NCBI GenBank assembly: GCA_030141605.1
Contig: JAQGDQ010000347.1
Span: forward strand, 64,759 to 128,758
DNA: 64,000 nt
DNA from: Tubiluchus corallicola
Lineage: Eukaryota > Animalia > Priapulida
Reading direction: 5' to 3'
Shown here: in pieces, positions 1-11,078 of the stretch
Layout of the letters: each line of letters begins with the position of its first letter
Position numbering within the stretch: the stretch's first letter is position 1
Notes under the pieces: model-generated
Told to the model about the DNA's origin: nothing
Seen by the model: the letters and a program-made list of their open reading frames with translations, nothing else
Databases searched by the model: none
Program-made: the position numbers and the translations under genes

Positions 1-1730
1 GGAGTATTCCAGAAATGCTACAGACAAACTACACTGAATCGGAAATCAAAATATACTTTGATGAGTTCGTTACTGTGGAGGGCTTAAGGGAAAAACTAAC
101 CATCTCTCCCCCTACCGAGGGAACACCCACACATAAAATAAGAGGAAAGTCCCTGATTATAGATTTGAAAGATGAGCTTGCAGACAGCACCACTTACTCA
201 CTCGATTTTGGAGATGCTATTGTTGACAACAACGAGAGAAACCCTCTGTTAAACTATAGGTTAGCATTTTCAACCGGTCTGGAAATTGACACACTAGAAA
301 TTATAGGGTTTGTGGTAAGTGCATTCAACCTTGAACCTATAGAAAATGCCTTGATAATGCTGTATACCAGCCCAGAAGACACTATGGTTTATACCTCCAT
401 ACCAAACTATATTGCAAGAACTGATGCCGATGGATTTTTTAGAGCAACAAACTTAGCGGATAAAAAATACCAGATATTCGCCTTGAGCGATATGAATAAC
501 GACATGATTTTTACGCCAGGCCTGGAATCAATTGCTTTTCTTGACTCGCTGGTTGCCCCACACACTCCTTTTTTATATGAACCGGATACGATCGCAACAG
601 AATATAGTGGTGACTCCTTGATGAATTATGAAGATGACATATTGGATAAACTAGTACACTTACTCCATTTTGAAGAAGAGTTCTTCGACCTTAGGCTTGA
701 AGAGTATGAGCGCCCGGAAAGAAAACATGTAAACTTTACGTTTACAGAATCCGTTAAAGACACTTTCAATGTAGAAATTTTGAACATAGAGCCAGAAGGA
801 GAGTGGAAGTACATTGAAACTAGCTCTGAATTTGACTCTATAAGGGTGTGGCTGACCGACTCTGTTGTGTATAAAAGAGATTCGCTGATATTACAGGTGA
901 CTTACCAACAGCCAGATAGCGCAGGTATTTATCACGCAGAAAATGACACAGTAAAACTATACTTCTCTGACACACCACTAAAAGAACGTGGAAGAAGGGA
1001 AAAAAACAGAAGACAGATTGAACAAAAAGAACTCTTTGTTGATTTATTAAATGATATTAAAGCTACAGAATTTGACGTATATAGCGATATTAATATCGAA
1101 TCCCCAGAGCCAATAGCTGTATTTGACTCCTCTAAAGTGCACCTTTTTCTTAAAGAAGATACTCTTCTTCACTCTGTCGACTTTTCTATAGCCCTGCATG
1201 AAACAAACAAGCGCAAATTTACAATATCACATAACTGGGACTTTAAATCCAGCTACAAACTCGAAATTGACTCCGGCGCTGTTACCACTATTTATGGACT
1301 TCCATCAACTTTGTTACAAAGTGAATTTACTATTCAGGACGAGGAGCACTATGGGAAAATAGTACTTAACATACAAAATGTAAGCACTCCACTAATATTA
1401 CAATTACTGACAGATAATGAAGAAGAAAGTGTCGTTCAGGAAAAAAGAGTATATATAGACGGAGAAGCAGAATTACCTTACATCAATCCGGGGAAATATA
1501 TCATTAAAGTAATATTTGACAAAAACGACAATGGAGTATGGGATACAGGCAACCTCAAAGAGAAGAAAATGCCTGAAGAGGTCCTCTACTTTCCTGAAGT
1601 TATTCGTGTTAGATCCAACTGGGAGCAGAAGCCTACCTGGATACTGCCTCATAAGAAACAATTTAAGAAGGATATCACTGACAAAGATGCCTCAGAAGAG
1701 CAGGAAAATCAAAGAGGCCAGAGACGCTAA
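1..1730 (+). CDS. Ig-like (Big_5) domain envelope protein, 5' end outside window
   Basis: Bacteroidota conserved pattern: IKIYFDEFV, STTYSLDFGDAIVDNNE, C-terminal IFDKNDNGVWDTGNL...PEEV...RSNWE; frame open from window edge. Confidence 0.7.
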   Translation, partial: SIPEMLQTNYTESEIKIYFDEFVTVEGLREKLTISPPTEGTPTHKIRGKSLIIDLKDELADSTTYSLDFGDAIVDNNERNPLLNYRLAFSTGLEIDTLEIIGFVVSAFNLEPIENALIMLYTSPEDTMVYTSIPNYIARTDADGFFRATNLADKKYQIFALSDMNNDMIFTPGLESIAFLDSLVAPHTPFLYEPDTIATEYSGDSLMNYEDDILDKLVHLLHFEEEFFDLRLEEYERPERKHVNFTFTESVKDTFNVEILNIEPEGEWKYIETSSEFDSIRVWLTDSVVYKRDSLILQVTYQQPDSAGIYHAENDTVKLYFSDTPLKERGRREKNRRQIEQKELFVDLLNDIKATEFDVYSDINIESPEPIAVFDSSKVHLFLKEDTLLHSVDFSIALHETNKRKFTISHNWDFKSSYKLEIDSGAVTTIYGLPSTLLQSEFTIQDEEHYGKIVLNIQNVSTPLILQLLTDNEEESVVQEKRVYIDGEAELPYINPGKYIIKVIFDKNDNGVWDTGNLKEKKMPEEVLYFPEVIRVRSNWEQKPTWILPHKKQFKKDITDKDASEEQENQRGQRR

Positions 1731-1743
1731 TTAGTCGCTCTTT

Positions 1744-1872
1744 AGCACTATCTCATAAACTGTGTAAATAGAAAATACCGAGGATTTGGCTCTATTTATA
1801 GCTGGACCCTTTTTTCAAGTAAAATTAAGAGCTGGTTCAGTACAACGAACACCCCAGCTTCGGGTTGGCAAG
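1744..1872 (-). mobile_element. IS256-family 3'-end remnant
   Basis: Starts with AGCACTATCTCATAAACTGTGTAAATAGAAAAT, identical to the left end of the IS256 at 42328; continues with sequence matching the reverse complement of that element's transposase 3' end (TTTATAGCTGGACCCTTTTTTCAA). Confidence 0.8.
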
Positions 1873-1883
1873 CACACTATTGC

Positions 1884-4802
1884 TTAAAGAGACTTGGAAA
1901 CCTCCACTTCCTTAAAGGCTTCAATAAAATCTCCCACTTTTATGTCGTTATAAGAAGCTATATTTAGGCCACACTCATACCCGTGTGTTACCTCTTTGGT
2001 ATCCTCTTTAAAGCGTTTCAGAGACTCCAGTTCACCAGTGTAAATCACAATACCCTCACGTATCAACCTGACTTTCGAGTTCCTGTTTATCTTTCCATCC
2101 CTCACAATACACCCGGCAATTGTTCCTACCTTTGTTATCTTAAATGTTTCCAGTATTTCAGCTGTCCCAGAAATCTCCTCTTTAATCTCAGGGGTTAGCA
2201 TACCCTCCATTGCCGACTTTAACTCATTAATTGCATCATATATAATAGAATAAAGACGGATGTCTATTTGCTCTTTTTCTGCCAGTTTGCGTGCACCTAT
2301 AGAGGGGCGTACCTGAAATCCTATGATTATTGCATTGGAAGCAGTAGCGAGCATAACATCCGACTCGGTGATTTGCCCTACTGCTTTGTGCTGTACATTA
2401 ATCTGTATCTCTTCAGTAGATAACTTTATCAATGAATCAGAAAGAGCTTCAATAGAACCATCAACATCACCTTTAACAATTACATTTAGCTCCTGGAAAG
2501 TCCCTATTGCAATTCTTCTCCCTATTTCATCAAGTGTAATATGCTTTTGAGTTCGAAGCCCCTGCTCTCGCTGTAACTGCTCACGCTTATTTGATATCTG
2601 CCGAGCCTCCTTTTCACTCTCCATAACATTGAACTTATCTCCTGCCTGGGGAGCACCATTTAGTCCAAGTATAAGAGCCGGTTCCGAGGGCCCCACCTGT
2701 TTGATAGCCTGATCCCGCTCATTAAACATCGCCTTTACATGCCCAAAATACTGCCCAGCCAATACAACGTCCCCAATCTTTAACGTACCTGCCTCGAGAA
2801 GTATTGTCGTTACATATCCACGCCCTTTATCAAGAGATGACTCTATAATTGTCCCAACTGCCCGCTTATTTGGATTAGCTTTTAATTCAAGCATTTCAGC
2901 CTCAAGCAGGACTTTCTCCAAAAGCTCATTTACTCCTAGCCCTGTCTTAGCAGAAATATCATGAGACTGATATTTGCCACCCCACTCCTCTATCATATAA
3001 TTTAGTTTCGCAAGCTCCTCTTTTATCTTATCAGGATTGGCAGAAGGCTTATCCACTTTATTTATTGCAAACACAATAGGAACACCAGCTGCTGATGCAT
3101 GATTTATTGCTTCTATAGTCTGAGGCATGACATTATCATCAGCAGCTACAATAATAATTACAATATCTGTAGCTTGTGCTCCTCTGGCACGCATTGCCGT
3201 AAAAGCCTCGTGTCCTGGTGTATCTAAAAATGTTATCTTTCGCCCACTCTCTAACTTCACATTGTATGCACCAATATGCTGTGTAATACCTCCTGCCTCT
3301 CCTGCTATAACATTAGCCTTTCGGATATAGTCAAGAAGAGAAGTTTTCCCATGGTCAACATGACCCATAACAGTAATTATTGGGGAGCGGTCCTGCAAAT
3401 CTTTCTCATCATCAACCTCCTCCTGTATTGCTTCTTGAACCTCAACAGAAATAAACTCTACAGAGTAGCCAAACTCGCTAGCAACAAGAGACATTGTCTC
3501 CGCATCAAGTCGCTGATTTATTGAGACAAATAGGCCAAGTGTCATGCAGGTAGCAATAACCTGCGTAGGCTGAATATTCATCATTGAGGCAAACTCGCTA
3601 ACCGAAACGAACTCGGTGACTTTAAGTACATTTTTTTCCCCCTGAACACGTGCATGCTCCTCTGCTTGCTTCTCACTTATTGCTTGCCTCTTCTCACGAC
3701 GATGCTTAGCTGCACCCTTTGTCTTTTGTCCCTTTGAAGTAAGACGCGCAAGGGTCTCTTTTATTTGCTTTTGAACATCCTCCTCACTAACCTCTTTCCT
3801 GAATTGACTCTTTTTTCTCGACTTCTTCCTGCCTGAGTGTTCTCCTTTTGATTTTGAATCAGCACTTTTACCAGCTACAGACACCTTCTCCTGTCTATCC
3901 TTCTGTATCCGTTTTCTCTTTCTTTTTCTTTTTTGCTCAGCACTAGCACTTTCACCCTTACCTTTACCTTTACCCTCATCCTTAGTCGAAAGGTCAATCT
4001 TTCCAACAACTGTAGGGCCGTTTAGCTTTTCTCTCTGGAGCTTAAAAACCTCATCCTCTTTCTGCTTAGGTGGCTCTTTTGTAGAAGTACTCTTTTCTGC
4101 CTTTGGGCTCTCAGCAGGCTCTGTCTCCTTTTTGGGAGCTTTCTCTTTAGGCTCCTCTTTTTTAACCGGTGGGTCAAGATTTACTTTCCCCACAATCCTA
4201 ACACCCTGCTTCTTAGGAATATTAGACTTCTTCTCTTTGACACCAACATCCTCCTCACTTTTCACAGCCTCTCCCTTAACTCCCTTTTTGCCTTCAACAG
4301 CCTCTTCGCCTGCCAAAACAGCCTTATCTGTCGGCTCCGCCTCTTTCGTAGCAGGTCGTTTTTTAGGCTTTTCTGCCTTGCCTTTCTCACTCCTATCTTC
4401 CTTAGGAGGAACCTCCTGAGCTGACACCTCCACCTCCTCTTTCGCTTTATCTTTCTCTTTCTCTTTCGCTTTCTCCTTATCTTTCTCCTTATCTTTATCT
4501 TGCTCTTTCTTTGCTTTTGGGATGGTAACATCTACTTCATCAGACACAGCACTGTCCGCAGAAGCAGATTCATTTTGAGACTGATGAAGACGTAAATTTA
4601 CACGATCCGCCTCAATGCGGGCTTCATGATCTTTTTTAAACTGCTGCTCAAGTAGATCACAGGTCGCTTCATCTATCTTGGTATTTGGACTTGAAGGTAT
4701 AGTAATATTCTGTTTTTGCAGATACTCTACTAGTGTAGAAATACCTACATTTAGCTCTCGTGCAACTTTACTTAATCTTGTACCTTTTTTCCCCGTAGCC
4801 AT
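1884..4802 (-). CDS. infB: Translation initiation factor IF-2
   Basis: GTPase motifs [21 protein letters not shown]; K/E-rich N-terminus; follows nusA. Confidence 0.99.
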   Translation of the reverse strand: MATGKKGTRLSKVARELNVGISTLVEYLQKQNITIPSSPNTKIDEATCDLLEQQFKKDHEARIEADRVNLRLHQSQNESASADSAVSDEVDVTIPKAKKEQDKDKEKDKEKAKEKEKDKAKEEVEVSAQEVPPKEDRSEKGKAEKPKKRPATKEAEPTDKAVLAGEEAVEGKKGVKGEAVKSEEDVGVKEKKSNIPKKQGVRIVGKVNLDPPVKKEEPKEKAPKKETEPAESPKAEKSTSTKEPPKQKEDEVFKLQREKLNGPTVVGKIDLSTKDEGKGKGKGESASAEQKRKRKRKRIQKDRQEKVSVAGKSADSKSKGEHSGRKKSRKKSQFRKEVSEEDVQKQIKETLARLTSKGQKTKGAAKHRREKRQAISEKQAEEHARVQGEKNVLKVTEFVSVSEFASMMNIQPTQVIATCMTLGLFVSINQRLDAETMSLVASEFGYSVEFISVEVQEAIQEEVDDEKDLQDRSPIITVMGHVDHGKTSLLDYIRKANVIAGEAGGITQHIGAYNVKLESGRKITFLDTPGHEAFTAMRARGAQATDIVIIIVAADDNVMPQTIEAINHASAAGVPIVFAINKVDKPSANPDKIKEELAKLNYMIEEWGGKYQSHDISAKTGLGVNELLEKVLLEAEMLELKANPNKRAVGTIIESSLDKGRGYVTTILLEAGTLKIGDVVLAGQYFGHVKAMFNERDQAIKQVGPSEPALILGLNGAPQAGDKFNVMESEKEARQISNKREQLQREQGLRTQKHITLDEIGRRIAIGTFQELNVIVKGDVDGSIEALSDSLIKLSTEEIQINVQHKAVGQITESDVMLATASNAIIIGFQVRPSIGARKLAEKEQIDIRLYSIIYDAINELKSAMEGMLTPEIKEEISGTAEILETFKITKVGTIAGCIVRDGKINRNSKVRLIREGIVIYTGELESLKRFKEDTKEVTHGYECGLNIASYNDIKVGDFIEAFKEVEVSKSL

Positions 4803-4877
4803 ACTCTTCCGAAACGTTTAAATGCAATAGCCCTCTCTTACAGCACTTTCAACACCAAAAGCACCGACAAACATGAA

Positions 4878-6116
4878 TTACTCAAATTCTGTTTTAAATA
4901 TCTTAATAACATTATCAATAGTCTCCTCTTCAAGGTCTGTTCGCTTAATCAAGTCATCACGGGGAATACTAAGAACATTCTTAGCTGTATCACACCCTAT
5001 AGACCTTAGAGCATCAAGCACCCATCCTTCAATTTCATCAGAAAACTCCTGAAGATTTACATCTTCATCCTCCTCCTCACCACGCTCACGATAAACATCA
5101 ATTTCATAACCCGTAAGCTGGCTGGCAAGCTTAACATTCAGCCCACCCTTACCTATTGCTAGCGAAACTTCATTAGGCTTCAGATATACATCGGCATGCT
5201 TTGTCTCCTCGTTAATCTTTATGGCAGATACCTTTGCCGGGTTCAATGACCTTTGTATATATAACTGCAAATTGCTTGTAAAACTTATCACATCTATATT
5301 CTCATTGCGTAACTCCCGCACAATACCATGGATTCTTGACCCTTTCATTCCAACGCATGCTCCAACCGGATCTACACGTTCATCATACGACTCTACAGCA
5401 ACTTTAGCACGCTCCCCCGGCATACGTACTATCTTTTTTATTGTGATAAGCCCATCATATATCTCCGGCACTTCAAGCTCGAAAAGCCTTTCCAAAAATA
5501 CAGGAGAGATACGAGACAAAACAATGTGAGGGTTATTATTTACCATCTCAACTTTTAAAACAACTGCGCGAAGAGGATCCCCTTTCCTGAAATAATCAGA
5601 CGGAATTTGCTCTGTCTTAGGAAGCAATAACTCATTTCCCTCATCATCAAGAACAAGTGTCTCCTTTTTCCATGTTTGATACACCTCTCCTGTGACAATG
5701 CTTCCAATCTTATCTCTGTAGGTATTGTAAACACTGTCCTTTTCCAACTCCAGTATCCTGGAAGCAAGGCTCTGCCTCAAATTAAGTATTGTCCGCCGTC
5801 CAAAATCAATCAACTTAACCTCATCTGAAACATCTTCTCCAACCTCATAATCACTATCAATTTTCTTCGCTTCCGTTAGGGAAATCTGAAGGTTTTCATC
5901 TGTAATATCCTTATCCTCCACCACTTCCCTGTTTCTCCAGATCTCAAAATCACCCTTGTCAGGATTGATGATAACATCAAAATTCTCATCAGTCCCATAC
6001 TGTTTTTGCAACACACTACGAAACACATCCTCCAAAACACTCATCATTGTAGCACGATCAATACTCTTAAGCTCTTTAAATTCCGAAAATGTATCAATTA
6101 AATTAAGGTTGTCCAT
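4878..6116 (-). CDS. nusA: Transcription termination/antitermination factor NusA
   Basis: S1/KH motifs GERAKVAV, DPVGACVGMKGSRI, SLAIGKGGLNVKLAS; operon context. Confidence 0.99.
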   Translation of the reverse strand: MDNLNLIDTFSEFKELKSIDRATMMSVLEDVFRSVLQKQYGTDENFDVIINPDKGDFEIWRNREVVEDKDITDENLQISLTEAKKIDSDYEVGEDVSDEVKLIDFGRRTILNLRQSLASRILELEKDSVYNTYRDKIGSIVTGEVYQTWKKETLVLDDEGNELLLPKTEQIPSDYFRKGDPLRAVVLKVEMVNNNPHIVLSRISPVFLERLFELEVPEIYDGLITIKKIVRMPGERAKVAVESYDERVDPVGACVGMKGSRIHGIVRELRNENIDVISFTSNLQLYIQRSLNPAKVSAIKINEETKHADVYLKPNEVSLAIGKGGLNVKLASQLTGYEIDVYRERGEEEDEDVNLQEFSDEIEGWVLDALRSIGCDTAKNVLSIPRDDLIKRTDLEEETIDNVIKIFKTEFE

Positions 6117-6130
6117 CTCTGTTCATGTCT

Positions 6131-6595
6131 TTATTTAAAAGAAATAACACACTTGGCCGTTTTAATTTGGCTGAAAGCAAATGCACACAGATGTGTGGCA
6201 GTAACAGGCTTCTGCTTCCTTTTGGATCCCTCCTTTTTCGTTACTTCCAACTCAATGCCTGAACTCTCTACTTTCCTTAGTAACCCAGTATGTTTCTCTC
6301 CATCTGTTGTTACAACTTCAATATTATGGCCTGTATTCTTAGCATATTGCCTCACAACCTTAAAGGGCTGAGTTAACCCCGGAGACGAAACCTCCAGGTC
6401 AAAATCTTCACTCTCACGATCAAGGTTGTGCTCTATATGTCTACTTACTTCTACGCATTTATCAACACTTAGCCCTAAATCACTATCAATAAGTACAGAT
6501 ATGGAATTGTTTGCTGAAATATTCAATTCAACAATAAACATTTTCTCTGTTAGCATTTCAGTAACTAACTCCTTTACTCTGTCAACACTAATCAT
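6131..6595 (-). CDS. rimP: Ribosome maturation factor RimP
   Basis: LEVSSPGLTQP motif, first gene of rimP-nusA-infB; ATG at 6595 preferred over the ORF-track start. Confidence 0.95.
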   Translation of the reverse strand: MISVDRVKELVTEMLTEKMFIVELNISANNSISVLIDSDLGLSVDKCVEVSRHIEHNLDRESEDFDLEVSSPGLTQPFKVVRQYAKNTGHNIEVVTTDGEKHTGLLRKVESSGIELEVTKKEGSKRKQKPVTATHLCAFAFSQIKTAKCVISFK

Positions 6596-6605
6596 TTTAC
6601 GACTC

Positions 6606-6640
6606 AAATAAAAATAATAGGGGACACTCCGTCCCCTATT
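6606..6640 (-). terminator. rimP-leader attenuator hairpin
   Basis: Minus strand AATAGGGGAC-GGAGT-GTCCCCTATT followed by U-rich tail directly upstream of rimP. Confidence 0.7.
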
Positions 6641-6671
6641 TCCCTTAACTTTCCCAGCTACTATCTCGCAG

Positions 6672-6679
6672 CGAAGGTA
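6672..6679 (-). promoter_or_regulatory. Bacteroidota -7 promoter element for the rimP operon
   Basis: TACCTTCG on minus strand (one mismatch to TANNTTTG) upstream of leader hairpin. Confidence 0.5.
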
Positions 6680-6825
6680 ACATATTATTGCTAATTCTCA
6701 AAATCTATGACATATAATGAGATAGACTTACAAGAGTGGCTCCAAATATAATAAGTTACAAACAACAGCATGAAGGATAAATAATACTTGAGCTTTGTAA
6801 AAATATCAAGTAGTATCAGGTAAAA

Positions 6826-7542
6826 TTAAAATGTTCCGTAAAGCCCATACTCATCTGTGTTACAAAACACTTGAGTATAAATAAAAAACCCATCTCTACT
6901 CGTCTCCATCCTGCGGTCAAGACGTAAAATAGGATGCTCGGGCTTCACCTTAAAATACTCTTGCAGCTTATCATCTGCCGTAATGGCCATAAGCCTTTGC
7001 TCTCCCCCTATAACTTCAACCTGATAAGAAGCTCTCATTATCTCAAACAAGGATCTGTTTTCAAAACTTAGATCAGTAAAGTGGGGCAGATCAATATTAG
7101 GTAGCATTGTAATATCATAAAAAACAGGATACTTATTGACAATGCGCAAACGCTCAAATCGAAAACAACCCACTTCCCTTTCATTCTCTTGCAACGGAAA
7201 GCCAAAAGCATTATCCCAGGTAGTAAAATAGGGCTTTATAATGATTTTTGTTTGCAAATTATCCTGCCCAACAGCAGAGGTTGTCCCTGCTAAAGATAAA
7301 ATACCAACTCCTTGTGGCTGACCCAGCACAATGCTTCCTTTTCCTTGTCTCTTTTTTATATAACCTTCATGTACCAGCCGGTCCAGAGCTTTCCTGACTG
7401 TAGGACGTGTTACTTGATGCTTCACACACAAATCATTCTCTGAAGGTAAAATATCCCCCTTTGCATAAACTCCGCTTGCAATGTGCTTCCTAAGCATTTC
7501 ATAAAGCATTTTGTATTGTGGAAGTCCTTTTTTCAATACCAT
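6826..7542 (-). CDS. GntR-family (HutC/UTRA) transcriptional regulator
   Basis: wHTH LPSENDL...VTRPTVRKAL...RQGKGS plus UTRA-like C-terminus. Confidence 0.9.
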   Translation of the reverse strand: MVLKKGLPQYKMLYEMLRKHIASGVYAKGDILPSENDLCVKHQVTRPTVRKALDRLVHEGYIKKRQGKGSIVLGQPQGVGILSLAGTTSAVGQDNLQTKIIIKPYFTTWDNAFGFPLQENEREVGCFRFERLRIVNKYPVFYDITMLPNIDLPHFTDLSFENRSLFEIMRASYQVEVIGGEQRLMAITADDKLQEYFKVKPEHPILRLDRRMETSRDGFFIYTQVFCNTDEYGLYGTF

Positions 7543-7594
7543 CACTCTACTTTTTTATAAAAATAAGTAAATGAGAAATATGCTTATAAAAAAT

Positions 7595-7722
7595 GAGCCC
7601 TTTGCAAAAACACAAAAAATATAATACTTATAGCTCAGATTGAAGAAAAATCCGATGAAAAACCACAGCTTACTGATGCAAACAAGGATTTAAAAAATAT
7701 GCCATTTATGTTGTGAAAAGCT
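7595..7722 (+). repeat. Dispersed MITE-like repeat family A, copy
   Basis: GAGCCCTTTGCAAAA end and core GATGAAAAACCACAGCTTACTGATGCAAA shared with other copies. Confidence 0.7.
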
Positions 7723-8743
7723 AAATGCATGGCTTAAACCTGTAAACCCTATATAACTCCCTATCTTTTTCTGGTATATGTATCTGAGATGTAGTGAAGT
7801 ACAAAAACCCTTCGCTATCCTCCGCAAAACTATCAGCCCAGCGAATCTTAGAAGAAGAAACTACTTTATGAGTTGTTCCGTTTTTAAGCAAGTTAATAGA
7901 ATTTGTTTCCAGCCCTCCTAAAATAATATCCCCATTTTGCGTGGTAAACATACCGTCTGTTGCACCCACCTTACCTACCACTTCCACAAAATCATCTATA
8001 GCCTCTGTATTATTAAGACATAAAACCTTTGCAGGTACTCTGTATAATGTGTGACCGGTAAGAGGAATATAATACAGATAATCTTTATCTTTACTAAGAG
8101 TAATACCATCGGAGTGAACTTCATTCTCCCACACAATACCACCTATCACTAGCCTGTCTGTTTCAGCTTTTACACTGTGGTTACTCTCTAAAAAACGCCT
8201 AGCTTTTCCCGTTTGTAAATCCAGCACTACTATTCCCCCCACTCCAGAATCGGTAATGTAGGCCAACTGTCTTTCCTCATCAATTCTGACATCGTTGAAA
8301 TACGAATCCTTGTAAAACACTGAAGACTCAAACACATATCTTCTAACTATTGTATCGGTTGCTAATGAAGCCTTATACAATATGGGCGCACCTATCACTC
8401 CTCTAAACATGGGATTGGAAGTCTCTAGTATCCAAAGATTGTCCTCCTCATCTACAAACACGCTTTGCACACAAACAAAGTGTTGCAAATGCTCATTGCC
8501 CATATTCCAAACAGCATTGGGAAAAGGTATTATCTCTCCACTTTCTTTTATCTCTGCTACAGAAATAGTATGTTTTTCTGACCATTGAGGAAAATTTACA
8601 AAAATCCTATTCTGCTTTTTTGAAATAGCAACTCCTGTCCACTGATTGACAGAACTTGCTACCAACTGTAAACTTTGGTTGTTTGCACACCCTGTTACTA
8701 CTAAATATAAAAAAGATATGAAAAGAGTGTTTTTTATACTCAT
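7721..8743 (-). CDS. Major royal jelly/yellow-family beta-propeller lipoprotein
   Basis: Lipobox VTGC; RIFVNFP, VQSVFVD, YFNDVRID, AYITDSG, HSDGITLS, RWADSF motifs. Confidence 0.8.
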   Translation of the reverse strand: MSIKNTLFISFLYLVVTGCANNQSLQLVASSVNQWTGVAISKKQNRIFVNFPQWSEKHTISVAEIKESGEIIPFPNAVWNMGNEHLQHFVCVQSVFVDEEDNLWILETSNPMFRGVIGAPILYKASLATDTIVRRYVFESSVFYKDSYFNDVRIDEERQLAYITDSGVGGIVVLDLQTGKARRFLESNHSVKAETDRLVIGGIVWENEVHSDGITLSKDKDYLYYIPLTGHTLYRVPAKVLCLNNTEAIDDFVEVVGKVGATDGMFTTQNGDIILGGLETNSINLLKNGTTHKVVSSSKIRWADSFAEDSEGFLYFTTSQIHIPEKDRELYRVYRFKPCI

Positions 8744-8838
8744 ACTTAAAACTTATGTAATAAAAACCTTTTAACAACACCCCACTACTCCAAAAAATCA
8801 GTGGCTGTATTACTTTTGGATAGCAAATATAGCTAAAA

Positions 8839-8976
8839 GAGTCCTTTTGCGTAGCAAAAGCTTTAGCTTATACAGAGATAGACTCGAAGAAAAACCTCAA
8901 TTTGCTGATGTAAATGAGAACCTTAATGAGTATTTTACAAAAATATTAATAAAAAGATAAGCTTTGCAACAGTCTC
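8839..8976 (+). repeat. MITE-like repeat family A, copy
   Basis: Core TTGCTGATGTAAATGAG...AAAATATTAATAAAAAGATAAGCTTTGCAACAGTCTC. Confidence 0.75.
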
Positions 8977-8994
8977 CTCCTTTTATAAAAATAC

Positions 8995-10971
8995 TTACTC
9001 TATCTCTAAAACTAGAGACGATCTACCTGAAATTTTCAACTTATCTTTTAGCTGTATAAATTCGCCTGTCATAATGTCCTTTGACATTGAAGCCCCACAC
9101 AACACCTCCTCAAACCGCTTTAACTCTAATGTTCGCGCTTCCATGCTTCTATTTAGCACAACCATCACTCTCTCCTTATCGTCATACCTAAAATATACAT
9201 ATAAACCATCCCGTGGAGTAAAATGCATCATCTTGCCGTAATGGATAACACCCGCTTGCTTACGCCAGTTTACCATTCTCCTTACAAACTCTTGTGCCTC
9301 TTTTTGCCTGAAAGTCAAACCTTTACCTGTAAAGGCATTCACCTTATCTCCTTTCCAGCCACCAGGGAAATCACTACGAATAACTCCGTGCTCTGCCCTT
9401 TCCGTATTAGTCATCAAAACCTCTGTACCGTAATAAATCTGAGGAATGCCCCTTGTAGTTAGTATATAGGTTATTCCCAGCTTAAACATATTAAAATCCT
9501 CGCCTACCTGGGTATAAAACCTGCTCATATCATGATTGTCAGAAAAAACTACCATGTTATAAGGATTAGGATACAAAAAATCATTAGCTAACGCCTCATA
9601 AAGCTTAATCCAGTCATGCTGCCACTTCTCTTTCTCCCCATCTAAGCTTTTTTTCAGTGCAGACTGCAGTGGGAAATCCATCAGGCAAGGGAGACAGGAT
9701 CTATACCCATTAGAATTGACTTTCCCCTTTTGCCAATAAGATACAATAGCAGGATTATCTGTCCACTCTTCACCTACAATATTAAAATTAGGATACTCCT
9801 CCATCACTTCACACGTCCAGTCTCTCATAAAATCCATGTCTGGGTATGGATAAGTATCCACTCTCATACCTGCCAGGCCCAGATACTCAATCCACCAAAT
9901 ACTATTTTGTATAAGATACTTCGCCATAAACGGATTTCTTTGATTAAGATCGGGCATCGTTTTAACAAACCAGCCGTCAGTAAACATCTTATGATCTATT
10001 TTAGAAGCATAAGGATCTTGCAACACAGTCCTCTGATGATTAGTTCGTTGATACTCATCCTGAAAATTTAACCAATCTGACATAGGAAGATCTTTCATCC
10101 ACCAATGCCCTGAACCACAATGATTTAATATCACATCCATTATCAACTTAAGCCCTTGCTCTTTGGCTGTCTTGCTAAGCTGCCTGTACTCCTCATTAGA
10201 ACCATACCTCTCATCCACTCTATAGAAATCGGTAGTAGAATAGCCGTGATAAGAATATTGAGGCTGATTATTCTCAAGCACAGGGTTGAGCCATATAGCA
10301 GTAAAACCCATATCTTTAATATAACCCAAATGGTCTGATATACCACGAATATCTCCCCCATGGCGCCCATTTATATCATCTCTGTTTAGCCTATCTGGCA
10401 TACCCTCCACATTATCGTTATTAACATTACCGTTAGCAAAACGGTCAGGCGTGATAAGGTAGATAGCATCTGCATTGTCAAACCCTTCTATTGCCGCCCC
10501 CTCTTGCTCCCTTTGCAAAAGCTGATAGGTATATGACTTTACTACCTCACTGCCTTCCCTAAAGCTTATATCAAAACTCCCTGCTTTGGTATTACTCGCA
10601 ATAGTAAGGTTAACAAAAAGATAATTAGAATTTTGAACTCTTGTAGCCTGCTTCACAACTACTCCTTCATAATGAATCTCCGGCTGAAGTTTTGCGATGT
10701 TTTCGCCATATACAAGCAACTGCAACTCACTATTATTCATCTCCACCCACCAAAAGGGAGGCTCTACCCTGAGCTGTTGCGCTTCAGCAATAGTGTACGA
10801 CACTAATAGTAACGCTAAAAATGACACCCTTACAGGGCCTTTACAAGGCGAAATAATCTGACTCAAGCTGAGGAAAGATTCGGTAACAAACCGCAACTTA
10901 CTAACGTAAAGGAAGACTTTGACAAAAACATTAGCATAAAGGTAAATCTTGCAAAAATCTCTTATTTTCAT
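8995..10971 (-). CDS. susA: GH13 neopullulanase/cyclomaltodextrinase (SusA-like)
   Basis: VEPPFWW N-domain, YLITPDRFANG, DVILNH, GMRVDTY, VGEEW, DNHD; last gene of susCDE operon. Confidence 0.9.
   Translation of the reverse strand: MKIRDFCKIYLYANVFVKVFLYVSKLRFVTESFLSLSQIISPCKGPVRVSFLALLLVSYTIAEAQQLRVEPPFWWVEMNNSELQLLVYGENIAKLQPEIHYEGVVVKQATRVQNSNYLFVNLTIASNTKAGSFDISFREGSEVVKSYTYQLLQREQEGAAIEGFDNADAIYLITPDRFANGNVNNDNVEGMPDRLNRDDINGRHGGDIRGISDHLGYIKDMGFTAIWLNPVLENNQPQYSYHGYSTTDFYRVDERYGSNEEYRQLSKTAKEQGLKLIMDVILNHCGSGHWWMKDLPMSDWLNFQDEYQRTNHQRTVLQDPYASKIDHKMFTDGWFVKTMPDLNQRNPFMAKYLIQNSIWWIEYLGLAGMRVDTYPYPDMDFMRDWTCEVMEEYPNFNIVGEEWTDNPAIVSYWQKGKVNSNGYRSCLPCLMDFPLQSALKKSLDGEKEKWQHDWIKLYEALANDFLYPNPYNMVVFSDNHDMSRFYTQVGEDFNMFKLGITYILTTRGIPQIYYGTEVLMTNTERAEHGVIRSDFPGGWKGDKVNAFTGKGLTFRQKEAQEFVRRMVNWRKQAGVIHYGKMMHFTPRDGLYVYFRYDDKERVMVVLNRSMEARTLELKRFEEVLCGASMSKDIMTGEFIQLKDKLKISGRSSLVLEIE
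10833..10961 (+). repeat. MITE-like repeat family A, copy lying in frame in the GH13 signal peptide
   Basis: Ends AGGGCCTTTACAA / TTGCAAAAATCTC, core AAACCGCAACTTACTAACGTAAA, flanked by TTA. Confidence 0.75.
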
Positions 10972-11078
10972 TTTATAAATGAACCCTTATTAGACTGTTA
11001 AAATGACGATACATAGCAGAAATAAGGGTGATCCCCCCTACCTCTACGATGAAAACTTTAACCTCTGTTTTTACCCCC

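Noticed and set aside
4440-4515. CTTTCT/CTTTAT microsatellite-like run in infB
   Set aside because: Encodes the ordinary K/E/D-rich linker of the IF2 N-terminus.
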